IMG/VR virus record: IMGVR_UViG_3300032270_000804
Span: 1 to 41,838 of that record
From: a virus
Lineage: Duplodnaviria > Caudoviricetes
Length of the DNA stretch: 41,838 bases
Strand: one strand, 5' to 3'
The position numbers and the translations under genes are program-made. Within the stretch, counting starts at the first letter, position 1. The number at the start of each line of letters is the position of its first letter. Positions 1-7,076 of the stretch are shown in pieces. A model generated the notes under the pieces. It was given only the letters and a program-made list of their open reading frames with translations, was not told the origin of the DNA and did no database searches.

Positions 1-147
1 AAGGTTGGCACCTGCCCCACCGGCTGGTACACCTCTGGCTCGTACTGCATCCCCAGTACCAAAACTAGCCCGCCCCTCATCCAAAAGGATTCAACCTGCC
101 ACCTTGGTTGGTACACCTCCAGCGACTACTGCCAAAAAAGTAGATAG
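1..147 (+). CDS. 5'-truncated small Cys-rich protein with two C-x2-GWYTS-x2-YC repeats
   Basis: Frame 1 reads KVGTCPTGWYTSGSYCIPSTKTSPPLIQKDSTCHLGWYTSSDYCQKSR, TAG at 145-147; not in the ORF track. Confidence 0.7.
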   Translation, partial: KVGTCPTGWYTSGSYCIPSTKTSPPLIQKDSTCHLGWYTSSDYCQKSR

Positions 148-177
148 CCGGGTACATTAGATAGACTTCAACAGAAC

Positions 178-750
178 ATGCAGTTTGTGACTGGCACAAT
201 GGAAGAACTGGCGCCCGATAGTGTCGAGCAACAGTCCACAGAGATCGTTAAAAAGACAACCGTCGCCAACGATCCCACCAAACGCTTCAGTAAAGGCCGC
301 CCAATCAACAACGCTCAGATGGAGGAGCGTGTGAATGCGGCCTATACGATGATGCTCAGCGGTGGAAGTCGTCGTGAAAACTGCCAGGCGTTGGCAACAC
401 GGTATGGAGTTAGTTTCCGCCAGGCCGAGAACTATGTTCATGCGGCCAATGAGTTGATGAAAAATGATTTTGCTGGAGATCGCCAGCAACTTCTAAACCA
501 AGTCAACAACATGCGTATGCACGCTGTAAAACGTGCACTCAAAAAAGGCAATTTGCAAGTGGTGGCGCATTTGCTGGATAGTTTGGCCCGAGGCGCTGGA
601 GAGGGGACTGTGGAAGTTAATGCCGCCCAAGTGCCGATGCTCAGCATCACTATTGATGACAAGCGCGCTGGAACTTTGAAATCAGCCGAGGCAGAAGCTA
701 TTCATATGCTTGAAAGTGCTGGCATTGATTTAAATAGTGAAGATGAGTAA
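178..750 (+). CDS. putative terminase small subunit
   Basis: 190 aa with an HTH-like segment (RRENCQALATRYGVSFRQAENY), a helical middle and a C-terminal LSITIDDK strand; lies upstream of TerL; start may be ATG 199. Confidence 0.55.
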   Translation: MQFVTGTMEELAPDSVEQQSTEIVKKTTVANDPTKRFSKGRPINNAQMEERVNAAYTMMLSGGSRRENCQALATRYGVSFRQAENYVHAANELMKNDFAGDRQQLLNQVNNMRMHAVKRALKKGNLQVVAHLLDSLARGAGEGTVEVNAAQVPMLSITIDDKRAGTLKSAEAEAIHMLESAGIDLNSEDE

Positions 751-783
751 TAAAGATTATCAATACAGTTTAAATAAAAGCAC

Positions 784-867
784 CATTCATAATTTGCATT
801 CATAGCCTTGTAAAACCCATTCATGCTGGCTCAAAACCCATTCATGGCTCGCCCAAAACCCATTCAT
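784..867 (+). repeat. five CATTCAT direct repeats, the last three extended to AAAACCCATTCAT
   Basis: CATTCAT at 784, 797, 818, 839, 861; 13-mer at 812, 833, 855 (21-22 bp spacing). Confidence 0.9.
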
Positions 868-993
868 AGGCCTGCCCAGGCTCCTAGCGGTCTGACCGAG
901 CTGGAGTGGCTGGCCTACTTGCGGTGGTACAGGGAGGGCGTGGAGCGGGGGCAGCTGCTTGCCGCTTGCGCTATTGAGAAGGGTTTGCAGTAA
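844..993 (+). CDS. possible small hypothetical protein
   Basis: ATG 844 (in-frame ATG 823) to TAA 991-993, MARPKPIHRPAQAPSGLTELEWLAYLRWYREG... Confidence 0.3.
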   Translation: MARPKPIHRPAQAPSGLTELEWLAYLRWYREGVERGQLLAACAIEKGLQ

Positions 994-1017
994 AAAGCCC
1001 AGGGGGTGAGCCTGGGC
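992..1017 (-). terminator. intrinsic terminator for the minus-strand gene 1043-1507
   Basis: Minus strand reads GCCCAGG-7 nt loop-CCTGGGC-TTTTT. Confidence 0.7.
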
Positions 1018-1042
1018 GGTGTGGGGTGTTGGGGGGGGGAGG

Positions 1043-1507
1043 CTAGGTGGCTGGTGCTTTGGGTCGCTTGCGGGCGATCCCGGCGTCTTTGCGTTTGGGG
1101 CGTTGGTGTTTGTGCGCCGCGTTTTTGTTTTCCACAGAATCAGCCTGGGGAAAACCGCCAGCCTCTAGGACTGCCTCGACCATCAGGGTCTGATGCGATA
1201 CCTTGGCGCGATCCAGAACCTCCTGGAATGCAGCAGCCTTTCTTAGCTGGGCTTGCTTGGCCACGAGCATAGGCAGGGTTTCCAGATTCCAGCGGCTGGC
1301 GCCTATCTTGGAAGCTTCGCTCCGATGTTCTGAGAGCCAAGCGAGAACGGAATCATCGCAGGGGTGGTTCTGAGCCAGCCAGTAGGAATCCTGCCATTGG
1401 ATCACAAGCTGGCGTTTCTCGGCTCGGGCTTGTTCCCGAGCATCGGCAGCGGACTGGCGCCGCTCCTTTTGAGTTACCCATTCTCCCCCGGCCATTGGTT
1501 GCGGCAT
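1043..1507 (-). CDS. hypothetical protein with a basic C-terminus
   Basis: 154 aa ORF followed by a terminator, divergent from the 1643 gene. Confidence 0.7.
   Translation of the reverse strand: MPQPMAGGEWVTQKERRQSAADAREQARAEKRQLVIQWQDSYWLAQNHPCDDSVLAWLSEHRSEASKIGASRWNLETLPMLVAKQAQLRKAAAFQEVLDRAKVSHQTLMVEAVLEAGGFPQADSVENKNAAHKHQRPKRKDAGIARKRPKAPAT
1128..1154. promoter_or_regulatory. inverted pair of DnaA-box-like 9-mers
   Basis: TTTTCCACA at 1128-1136 and TGGGGAAAA (reverse complement of TTTTCCCCA) at 1146-1154. Confidence 0.55.
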
Positions 1508-1562
1508 CGGATTGCCTCAGCACCATACCATCGGATGGAGCCCGGACAAGCCATCGAGCCGG

Positions 1563-1615
1563 TTTGTAAAGTATCACAACAGAGAAAGGCAAGCGGCGGA
1601 CCTGGGGCATACCAT
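1563..1615 (+). promoter_or_regulatory. putative early promoter with upstream HLR1-like motif
   Basis: TGTAAAGTATCACAACAG 1565-1582, then -10 TACCAT 1610-1615, ATG at 1643. Confidence 0.45.
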
Positions 1616-1642
1616 TAACTCAAGCCCAACCAAAGGCACCCC

Positions 1643-1930
1643 ATGAACACCGACCTAACCCTGTCCTATGACCAAGCCCGCGAGCTGATCACTGATCTCT
1701 GGGACTGGAGCCAGAACTTCGATTTTCCTAGCCCTGCCTCCCTGTTCCTGGATCTTATCGGCTACAGCGAGGATGAGTTTGGCGAGCCGCTCTGCTCAGC
1801 TGGTAAGCCTACCCTCGGATACCACGAGCAGCACCTGCTCGGCTGGGCGCTTCTAGCCCATGCCCACCGCCCCGACGATGTGCTGGAGCGTGTGGCCGAG
1901 CTGCTGGCTGATGAGCAGGAGGAAGGCTGA
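1643..1930 (+). CDS. small acidic hypothetical protein
   Basis: 95 aa, D/E-rich, stop overlaps the next start (TGATG). Confidence 0.8.
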   Translation: MNTDLTLSYDQARELITDLWDWSQNFDFPSPASLFLDLIGYSEDEFGEPLCSAGKPTLGYHEQHLLGWALLAHAHRPDDVLERVAELLADEQEEG

Positions 1931-2169
1931 TGACTTGGCACACCTTTGAGACTATCGACGGTCAAGAGTTTGGGAGCTTTGAGGCGTTCTATCTGGGGAA
2001 CGATGGCAGCGCCTATGGGCGATCCTACCTAGACACCGAGACTGGCGAGCCCATCGAGTCCGGCTGGTATTGGTGGCCATGTTTCCCCGGATGCCTGCCG
2101 GATGGGGAGCCTGTCGGGCCCTTCGAGACTGAGAGAGAGGCGATCGAAGATGCTCAGAGCACAACCTAA
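1930..2169 (+). CDS. small acidic hypothetical protein with GWYWWPCFPGCLPDGEPVGPF motif
   Basis: 79 aa, translationally coupled to the upstream gene. Confidence 0.8.
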   Translation: MTWHTFETIDGQEFGSFEAFYLGNDGSAYGRSYLDTETGEPIESGWYWWPCFPGCLPDGEPVGPFETEREAIEDAQSTT

Positions 2170-2241
2170 AAAGCCGCCTCTTTCCCTTCGGGCCCAGAAT
2201 TGCGGCCCTGTTTTCCTAAGTCGGAGTGAGTCCGCTTTACG

Positions 2242-2272
2242 TTTTCCCCAGTTTTTCCACAGGTTTTCCACA
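2242..2272 (+). promoter_or_regulatory. three tandem DnaA boxes with an 11-bp period
   Basis: TTTTCCCCA 2242, TTTTCCACA 2253, TTTTCCACA 2264; intergenic. Confidence 0.7.
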
Positions 2273-2287
2273 ACCGCGAACCAAACC

Positions 2288-2449
2288 ATGATCAACACCA
2301 ACCACGCCACGATCGCCAGCATCGCTGCCACCATCGGCCTAGGCCTCTGGCTAGGGCTGGCGCTCTCATCCCAAACCCGTGATCTCATGGCCCACTGCAA
2401 GCAAGGCCCCGACCCTGCCTCTTGTGAGTTGCGGTTGCTGGGTCGCTAG
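2288..2449 (+). CDS. small membrane protein with a Cys pair
   Basis: MINTNHATIASIAATIGLGLWLGLALS...HCKQGPDPASCELRLLGR; 3' part of track ORF 2102-2449. Confidence 0.7.
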   Translation: MINTNHATIASIAATIGLGLWLGLALSSQTRDLMAHCKQGPDPASCELRLLGR

Positions 2450-2451
2450 GG

Positions 2452-2523
2452 AATGTGAAGAATTGCAACAGTTTGGCCCCTTGCCCTCGGCTTGGGGCCT
2501 TGCGCTGCTAATGTGTCACAGTA
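2452..2523 (+). promoter_or_regulatory. putative early promoter: HLR1-like motif, extended -10 and overlapping operator
   Basis: TGTGAAGAATTGCAACAG 2454-2471; TGCTAATGT 2506-2514; TAATGT-GTC-ACAGTA 2509-2523. Confidence 0.5.
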
Positions 2524-2566
2524 GGCCAGCAACGGACGGCCTACTTAATACATTGCACTGCACACA

Positions 2567-3088
2567 ATGAACACACTCCATGCGCTACATCTTGCGCAAA
2601 ATCTAATCACTGGAGCGGCCAAACTGTACGCTATCGGCGGAGAGATTTTCACAGCAACCGCGATATTGTGGGCGCTTAATCTACTCGCATCTCTCATCCG
2701 CAAAGTGTACCAATCAGGCCGCGCAGTAGGTTACATTTTCTACCGTTACATCAAGCCTACACTTGCACGGATTGACTGGCGCCACGTAACTATCACCATC
2801 GGCCAGGGATTGATCGCTGTTGCTGTTGGCACCTATCTAGCCGGTAAATACACTGGCCAGGCTATCTACAAGGTCAGTGATTGGCTGGCGCAACATTGGC
2901 CAACACGTCCCAACACCGAGCCCGCAACAGTTGCCCAGGCTGTTAAAGACACTGGCGCAACTGTTGAGCGCTGTTTAATACTGAATGCCGCGCAACTGCT
3001 ACGCGCTGACGGTATGTCTCAGCGTAAGATTGCTGCCACGTTGGGTATCACACGCTATCAAGTTCGCAAACAGCTTGCTATGAAATAG
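2567..3088 (+). CDS. membrane-associated protein with C-terminal helix-turn-helix
   Basis: Hydrophobic segments plus GMSQRKIAATLGITRYQVRKQL HTH motif. Confidence 0.75.
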   Translation: MNTLHALHLAQNLITGAAKLYAIGGEIFTATAILWALNLLASLIRKVYQSGRAVGYIFYRYIKPTLARIDWRHVTITIGQGLIAVAVGTYLAGKYTGQAIYKVSDWLAQHWPTRPNTEPATVAQAVKDTGATVERCLILNAAQLLRADGMSQRKIAATLGITRYQVRKQLAMK

Positions 3089-3101
3089 GGCGCAAAGACT
3101 A

Positions 3102-3160
3102 GCCTAGTTTGTATAAAGCATGATCGGCCCTGTGCCCTTGCTATTTTATACAAACTAGGC
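3102..3160. repeat. perfect 16-bp inverted repeat with 27-nt spacer
   Basis: GCCTAGTTTGTATAAA 3102-3117 and TTTATACAAACTAGGC 3145-3160. Confidence 0.9.
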
Positions 3161-3325
3161 CGCACAGTAAGTTATACCGACCGGGGGCAAGGTCCGGGAT
3201 TGAAGGGGGCTGGCCGTGGCCTAGGGAACCTACTGACATATTCGCATTTTTCTCTACTGTTACACACCTCCTAGGGGGTAGGGGTCGAGTTTCTGTACTA
3301 CACTGCAGGCCAGCCCCAAAAATAT

Positions 3326-4573
3326 ATGCACACCGGACCTAATTTGAGCCTTCGTCATGCACAAGGCGAGGTATTTTCAAGCCGCAAACGTTTTCGCGTG
3401 CTGGTTGCCGGCCGCCGTTTCGGCAAAAGCTACCTCTCATGTATCGAATTGCTGCGTGGGGCGATTGAAAGGCCGGGCGAAACATTCTTCTACGCGGCCC
3501 CTACATACCGGATGGCGAAGGACATCGCCTGGAAAGTAATGAAAAAGCTGGTCCCAAAGGCGTGGATCAAGAGCAAAAACGAGACCGACCTGAAAATCGA
3601 ACTCGTAAACGGCTCAACGATCGAACTTAAGGGCACCGAAAACGCCATGGCCCTCCGAGGCCGCAGTTTGGCTGGCGTGGTGCTCGACGAAGCCGCATTT
3701 ATGGACCGCGAGGTCTGGTTTGAGGTCATCCGCCCTGCATTAGCCGACAAACAGGGCTGGGCCCTCTTCATCTCCACCCCGGACGGCACCGCCAGCTGGT
3801 TCTACGACCTCTGGTGCTATGCGGATAGCGGCGACGAGAACTGGGCCCGCTGGCAATTCACCACCGTCCAGGGCGATAACGTCCCCGCCGAAGAGATCGA
3901 AGCCGCCCGAGGCCAACTCGACGCTCGCACTTTCCGCCAAGAATTCGAGGCCAGCTTCGAGAACCTAAGCGGCCTGGTCGCCATCAGCTTCTCGGACGCC
4001 AACATCGACAAAAACGTCCAAGACCTACCCGTCCTACCCCTCTTGCTGGGGGTGGACTTCAACGTAGACCCCATGTCTGGCGTCTGCGCCGTCAAAAAAG
4101 GCAACGACCTCTGGGTATTCGACGAAATTGTAATGACAGGTGGCGCCACCACCTGGGATTTCTGCGAAGAAGTCCAACGCCGCTACGGCGTGGAGCGCCG
4201 CATCATCGCCTGCCCCGATCCCACGGGTGGCGCCCGCAAAACCAGCGGCATCGGCGTCACCGACCACACCATCCTAAAACGCTCGGGCTTCACTGTTTCC
4301 AGCCCCCGCGCCCCCTGGAAAATCCGCGACAAGATTACCTGCGTCAACACTGCCCTCCTCGACGCCACTGGAACCCGCCGCCTCTTCATTCACCCCAACT
4401 GCAAAGAACTCATCAAATCCCTCCGCACCCTGACCTACGCCCCAAACACCGGCCTCCCCAACAAAAACCTAGGCGTAGACCACAGTTTCGACGCGCTGGG
4501 ATACCTCTGCCTCCAAGTCTTCAACCTCGCCAAACCCGAAAACATCGGCAAAACCAGCTATCGTGTCTACTAG
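3326..4573 (+). CDS. terL: terminase large subunit
   Basis: Walker A AGRRFGKS, Walker B VVLDEAAF, coupling motif ISTP, nuclease GVDFN and DHSFDALGY. Confidence 0.97.
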   Translation: MHTGPNLSLRHAQGEVFSSRKRFRVLVAGRRFGKSYLSCIELLRGAIERPGETFFYAAPTYRMAKDIAWKVMKKLVPKAWIKSKNETDLKIELVNGSTIELKGTENAMALRGRSLAGVVLDEAAFMDREVWFEVIRPALADKQGWALFISTPDGTASWFYDLWCYADSGDENWARWQFTTVQGDNVPAEEIEAARGQLDARTFRQEFEASFENLSGLVAISFSDANIDKNVQDLPVLPLLLGVDFNVDPMSGVCAVKKGNDLWVFDEIVMTGGATTWDFCEEVQRRYGVERRIIACPDPTGGARKTSGIGVTDHTILKRSGFTVSSPRAPWKIRDKITCVNTALLDATGTRRLFIHPNCKELIKSLRTLTYAPNTGLPNKNLGVDHSFDALGYLCLQVFNLAKPENIGKTSYRVY

Positions 4574-4586
4574 CTGGAGCAATTAA

Positions 4587-4781
4587 ATGGCCAAAAAACC
4601 TACCAAAGCGCAGAAAAAGACCGCCAAAGTCATGCGCGAGTACGGCAAAGGCGAACTCCACTCTGGCAGCAAAAAAGGCCCCGTGGTAACTTCCCGCAAA
4701 CAAGCCATCGCCATTGCTCTCAGCGAGGCTGGATTGTCCAAGCCCAAGAAAAAACCTGCCGCCAAAAAGCGCAAAAAGTGA
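4587..4781 (+). CDS. small very basic protein (DUF6496-like)
   Basis: KVMREYGKGELHSG...VTSRKQAIAIALSEAG motif, Lys-rich. Confidence 0.8.
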   Translation: MAKKPTKAQKKTAKVMREYGKGELHSGSKKGPVVTSRKQAIAIALSEAGLSKPKKKPAAKKRKK

Positions 4782-4960
4782 TGGGAACCCGGATTTGTCA
4801 GGGCGGCTGCATCCACATGGAAGTGGACGCCCAGACCCGCATGACCGAGGCCACCTTCGTCTTCATGACCCCCAACGACCCCGAAGACTTCGCCAGCCTC
4901 ATGTCCCGCCTAGCTGCTGGCATCGAAGTGCTAATCGAAGTGGAGGACGAAGATGATTGA
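4778..4960 (+). CDS. small acidic hypothetical protein
   Basis: 60 aa, overlaps both neighbours. Confidence 0.7.
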   Translation: MMGTRICQGGCIHMEVDAQTRMTEATFVFMTPNDPEDFASLMSRLAAGIEVLIEVEDEDD

Positions 4961-5225
4961 CTATCGCGGCGAAAAATTTGACGGCTACAACAAACCAAAA
5001 CGCACCCCCAATCACCCCAAAAAATCCCACGTTGTCCTTGCAAAAGAGGGCGACAAAGTAAAACTTATCCGTTTCGGCGAACAGGGCGTCTCCGGCAGCC
5101 CCAAACGCACTGGAGAATCCGCCTCAGACCGCAAACGCCGCGAAGCCTTCAAAGCCCGCCACGCCTCAAACATCGCCAAGGGCAAAATGTCTGCCGCCTA
5201 CTGGGCAAATAAAGTTAAGTGGTAG
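4953..5225 (+). CDS. conserved basic phage hypothetical protein
   Basis: GYNKPKRTP...KLIRFG...FKARH...SAAYWA motif set. Confidence 0.8.
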   Translation: MIDYRGEKFDGYNKPKRTPNHPKKSHVVLAKEGDKVKLIRFGEQGVSGSPKRTGESASDRKRREAFKARHASNIAKGKMSAAYWANKVKW

Positions 5226-5279
5226 TACAAATCTCAGCCCCTAGTCTGTCAAAATAGAAGCAATGTAGGAGTAAACACC

Positions 5280-6725
5280 GTGGTCTACAGCGGCAGCACC
5301 CCGTTCACGCAAGCTGTAGTCAGCGAATCTCCGTTCGTCCGGTCACTGGACGTGATCGGCATGACAACCAACTGGAACGTCATGGCCGCCGTCACCAACG
5401 GCACCGACTACATCCGCGATCTTGCCGACACCTATCTCCCCCAGGAACCCCGCGAGGACGACACCGCCTGGCAAACCCGCATCGACCGCAGCGTCCTCAG
5501 CCCCTATACCAGCCGCCTAATCGAAACCGCTGCTGGCGCCATCCTCCGCAAACCCATCCATATCGAAGGCGACCAGTATTGGCTGGATCTGGCCGAAAAC
5601 ATCGACGGCATCGGCTCCAACCTGAACGAGTACGCCCGCCGCACCCTGGTCAGCAGCCTGACCTTCGGCCATAGCGCCATCCTGGTCGACTACCCACCGA
5701 TCGGCAACGCTCGCACACTGGCCGAAGAACGCGCCCTAGGCCGCCGCCCCTATTTCATCCACGTCGATGCCCCCCAGATCTGGGGCTGGCGCCAAGCCTC
5801 CACGATGCCTGGCTCCCAACTCACCCAAGTCCGCATCCACGAATACACCACCCTCCCCGTCAACGAGTTTGGCGAGGACCAGGTGGAGCAAATGCGCGTC
5901 ATCTACCCAGGCCGCTACGACCTGTACACACTCGGCCAAGAAACCGTCGATATCTACGAGTCGGGCAGCTATAGCCTCGACCAAATCCCACTGGTCCCGA
6001 TCTATAGCAACCGCCGGGGCATGTTGCGCTCCCAGCCCCCACTGCTGGACATTGCCAACCTAAATATCACCCACTACCAACGCCAAGCCGACCTAATCCA
6101 CGCCCTCCACATCGCCGCCATGCCCACCCTCGTCCTCGAGGGCTGGGACGACACCACCGGCCCCGTGGCAATGGGCGTCAACTACGCCATTTCAATGCAA
6201 GCAGGCAACAAGGCCTATTACGTGCAAGCAGACGCCACCAGTTTTGATGCTCAAATGAAGGAAATCCAAGCACTGGAGTCCCAAATGTCCACGCTCGGCA
6301 TCACCAAGTTGTTCGGCCAAAAGTTCGTCGCCGAGTCTGCCGAGGCCAAGCGCATCGACCAAGCCCAATCCAACTCCGTCCTTTCCATTGTCAGCCAAGA
6401 GCTGGAGAGTGGCCTCAACCAAGCATTCGCCTTGGCCGCCCAGTACGTGGGCATTGAACCCCCCGAAATCCATATCGACCGCGACTTCGACTATTACCGC
6501 CTAATCGGCCAAGACATTGCCGTCTTGAGCCAACTTAACGCTGCCGGCAAGATCAGCGACGCCATGCTGCTGGAGATCCTGCGCCGTGGCGAAATCCTGC
6601 CCGACGACACCAACATCGAAGAAGAACTCTCCAACCTCCCTACCACCCAACTGCTTGAGGCCGCCAAAACACCCGAGATGGCCACCAACGACGAAATCGG
6701 CCCCGAAACCAGCCCCGCCTCCTAG
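5280..6725 (+). CDS. portal protein (DUF4055 type)
   Basis: 481 aa after TerL; YLPQEPRE, ILVDYP, IPLVPIY, PPLLDIANLNITHYQ and ESAEAKRID motifs. Confidence 0.9.
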   Translation: MVYSGSTPFTQAVVSESPFVRSLDVIGMTTNWNVMAAVTNGTDYIRDLADTYLPQEPREDDTAWQTRIDRSVLSPYTSRLIETAAGAILRKPIHIEGDQYWLDLAENIDGIGSNLNEYARRTLVSSLTFGHSAILVDYPPIGNARTLAEERALGRRPYFIHVDAPQIWGWRQASTMPGSQLTQVRIHEYTTLPVNEFGEDQVEQMRVIYPGRYDLYTLGQETVDIYESGSYSLDQIPLVPIYSNRRGMLRSQPPLLDIANLNITHYQRQADLIHALHIAAMPTLVLEGWDDTTGPVAMGVNYAISMQAGNKAYYVQADATSFDAQMKEIQALESQMSTLGITKLFGQKFVAESAEAKRIDQAQSNSVLSIVSQELESGLNQAFALAAQYVGIEPPEIHIDRDFDYYRLIGQDIAVLSQLNAAGKISDAMLLEILRRGEILPDDTNIEEELSNLPTTQLLEAAKTPEMATNDEIGPETSPAS

Positions 6726-6740
6726 GATTACAAAAAAGTC

Positions 6741-7076
6741 ATGCCATCTTCCGACGAAAACTTACAAAGCTACAAAACACTAACGTTCGACACCCTCACT
6801 GCTGTCGGCGTCAGTGAAAATGCAATTGGCTATTCAGCCAACACCATTTTATTTCAACTCGAAGTAAGCGGAATCGGCACCAGCATCACAATCCGCCTCG
6901 AAGGCAGTCTCACTGGAGTTAATTACTACAACTTAAACACTAACGGCGACATTGTTATCACTGTTAATGGCACCTACGGCTATTTACTGCCAGCGCCCGG
7001 CCCATTCGTGCGTGTCCGTCTCGTCAGCTATAACGGCGGCACCCCTTCTATCACCACCTACGCCCAAGCAAACTGA
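6741..7076 (+). CDS. small beta-rich virion protein
   Basis: 111 aa with IRLEGSL and PFVRVRLVS strands, in the head module. Confidence 0.7.
   Translation: MPSSDENLQSYKTLTFDTLTAVGVSENAIGYSANTILFQLEVSGIGTSITIRLEGSLTGVNYYNLNTNGDIVITVNGTYGYLLPAPGPFVRVRLVSYNGGTPSITTYAQAN

Noticed and set aside
784-867. Possible mini-CRISPR array
   Set aside because: Repeats of 7-13 bp and spacers under 15 bp are far too short; no cas genes
4772-4781. C-AAA-AAG before the stop of the basic protein as a third frameshift
   Set aside because: The downstream ORF has its own overlapping GTG/ATG start; ordinary coupling suffices
6723-6743. Portal TAG is in frame with the next ATG (possible readthrough fusion)
   Set aside because: One-in-three chance event; the downstream gene has its own ATG and there is no other sign of amber recoding
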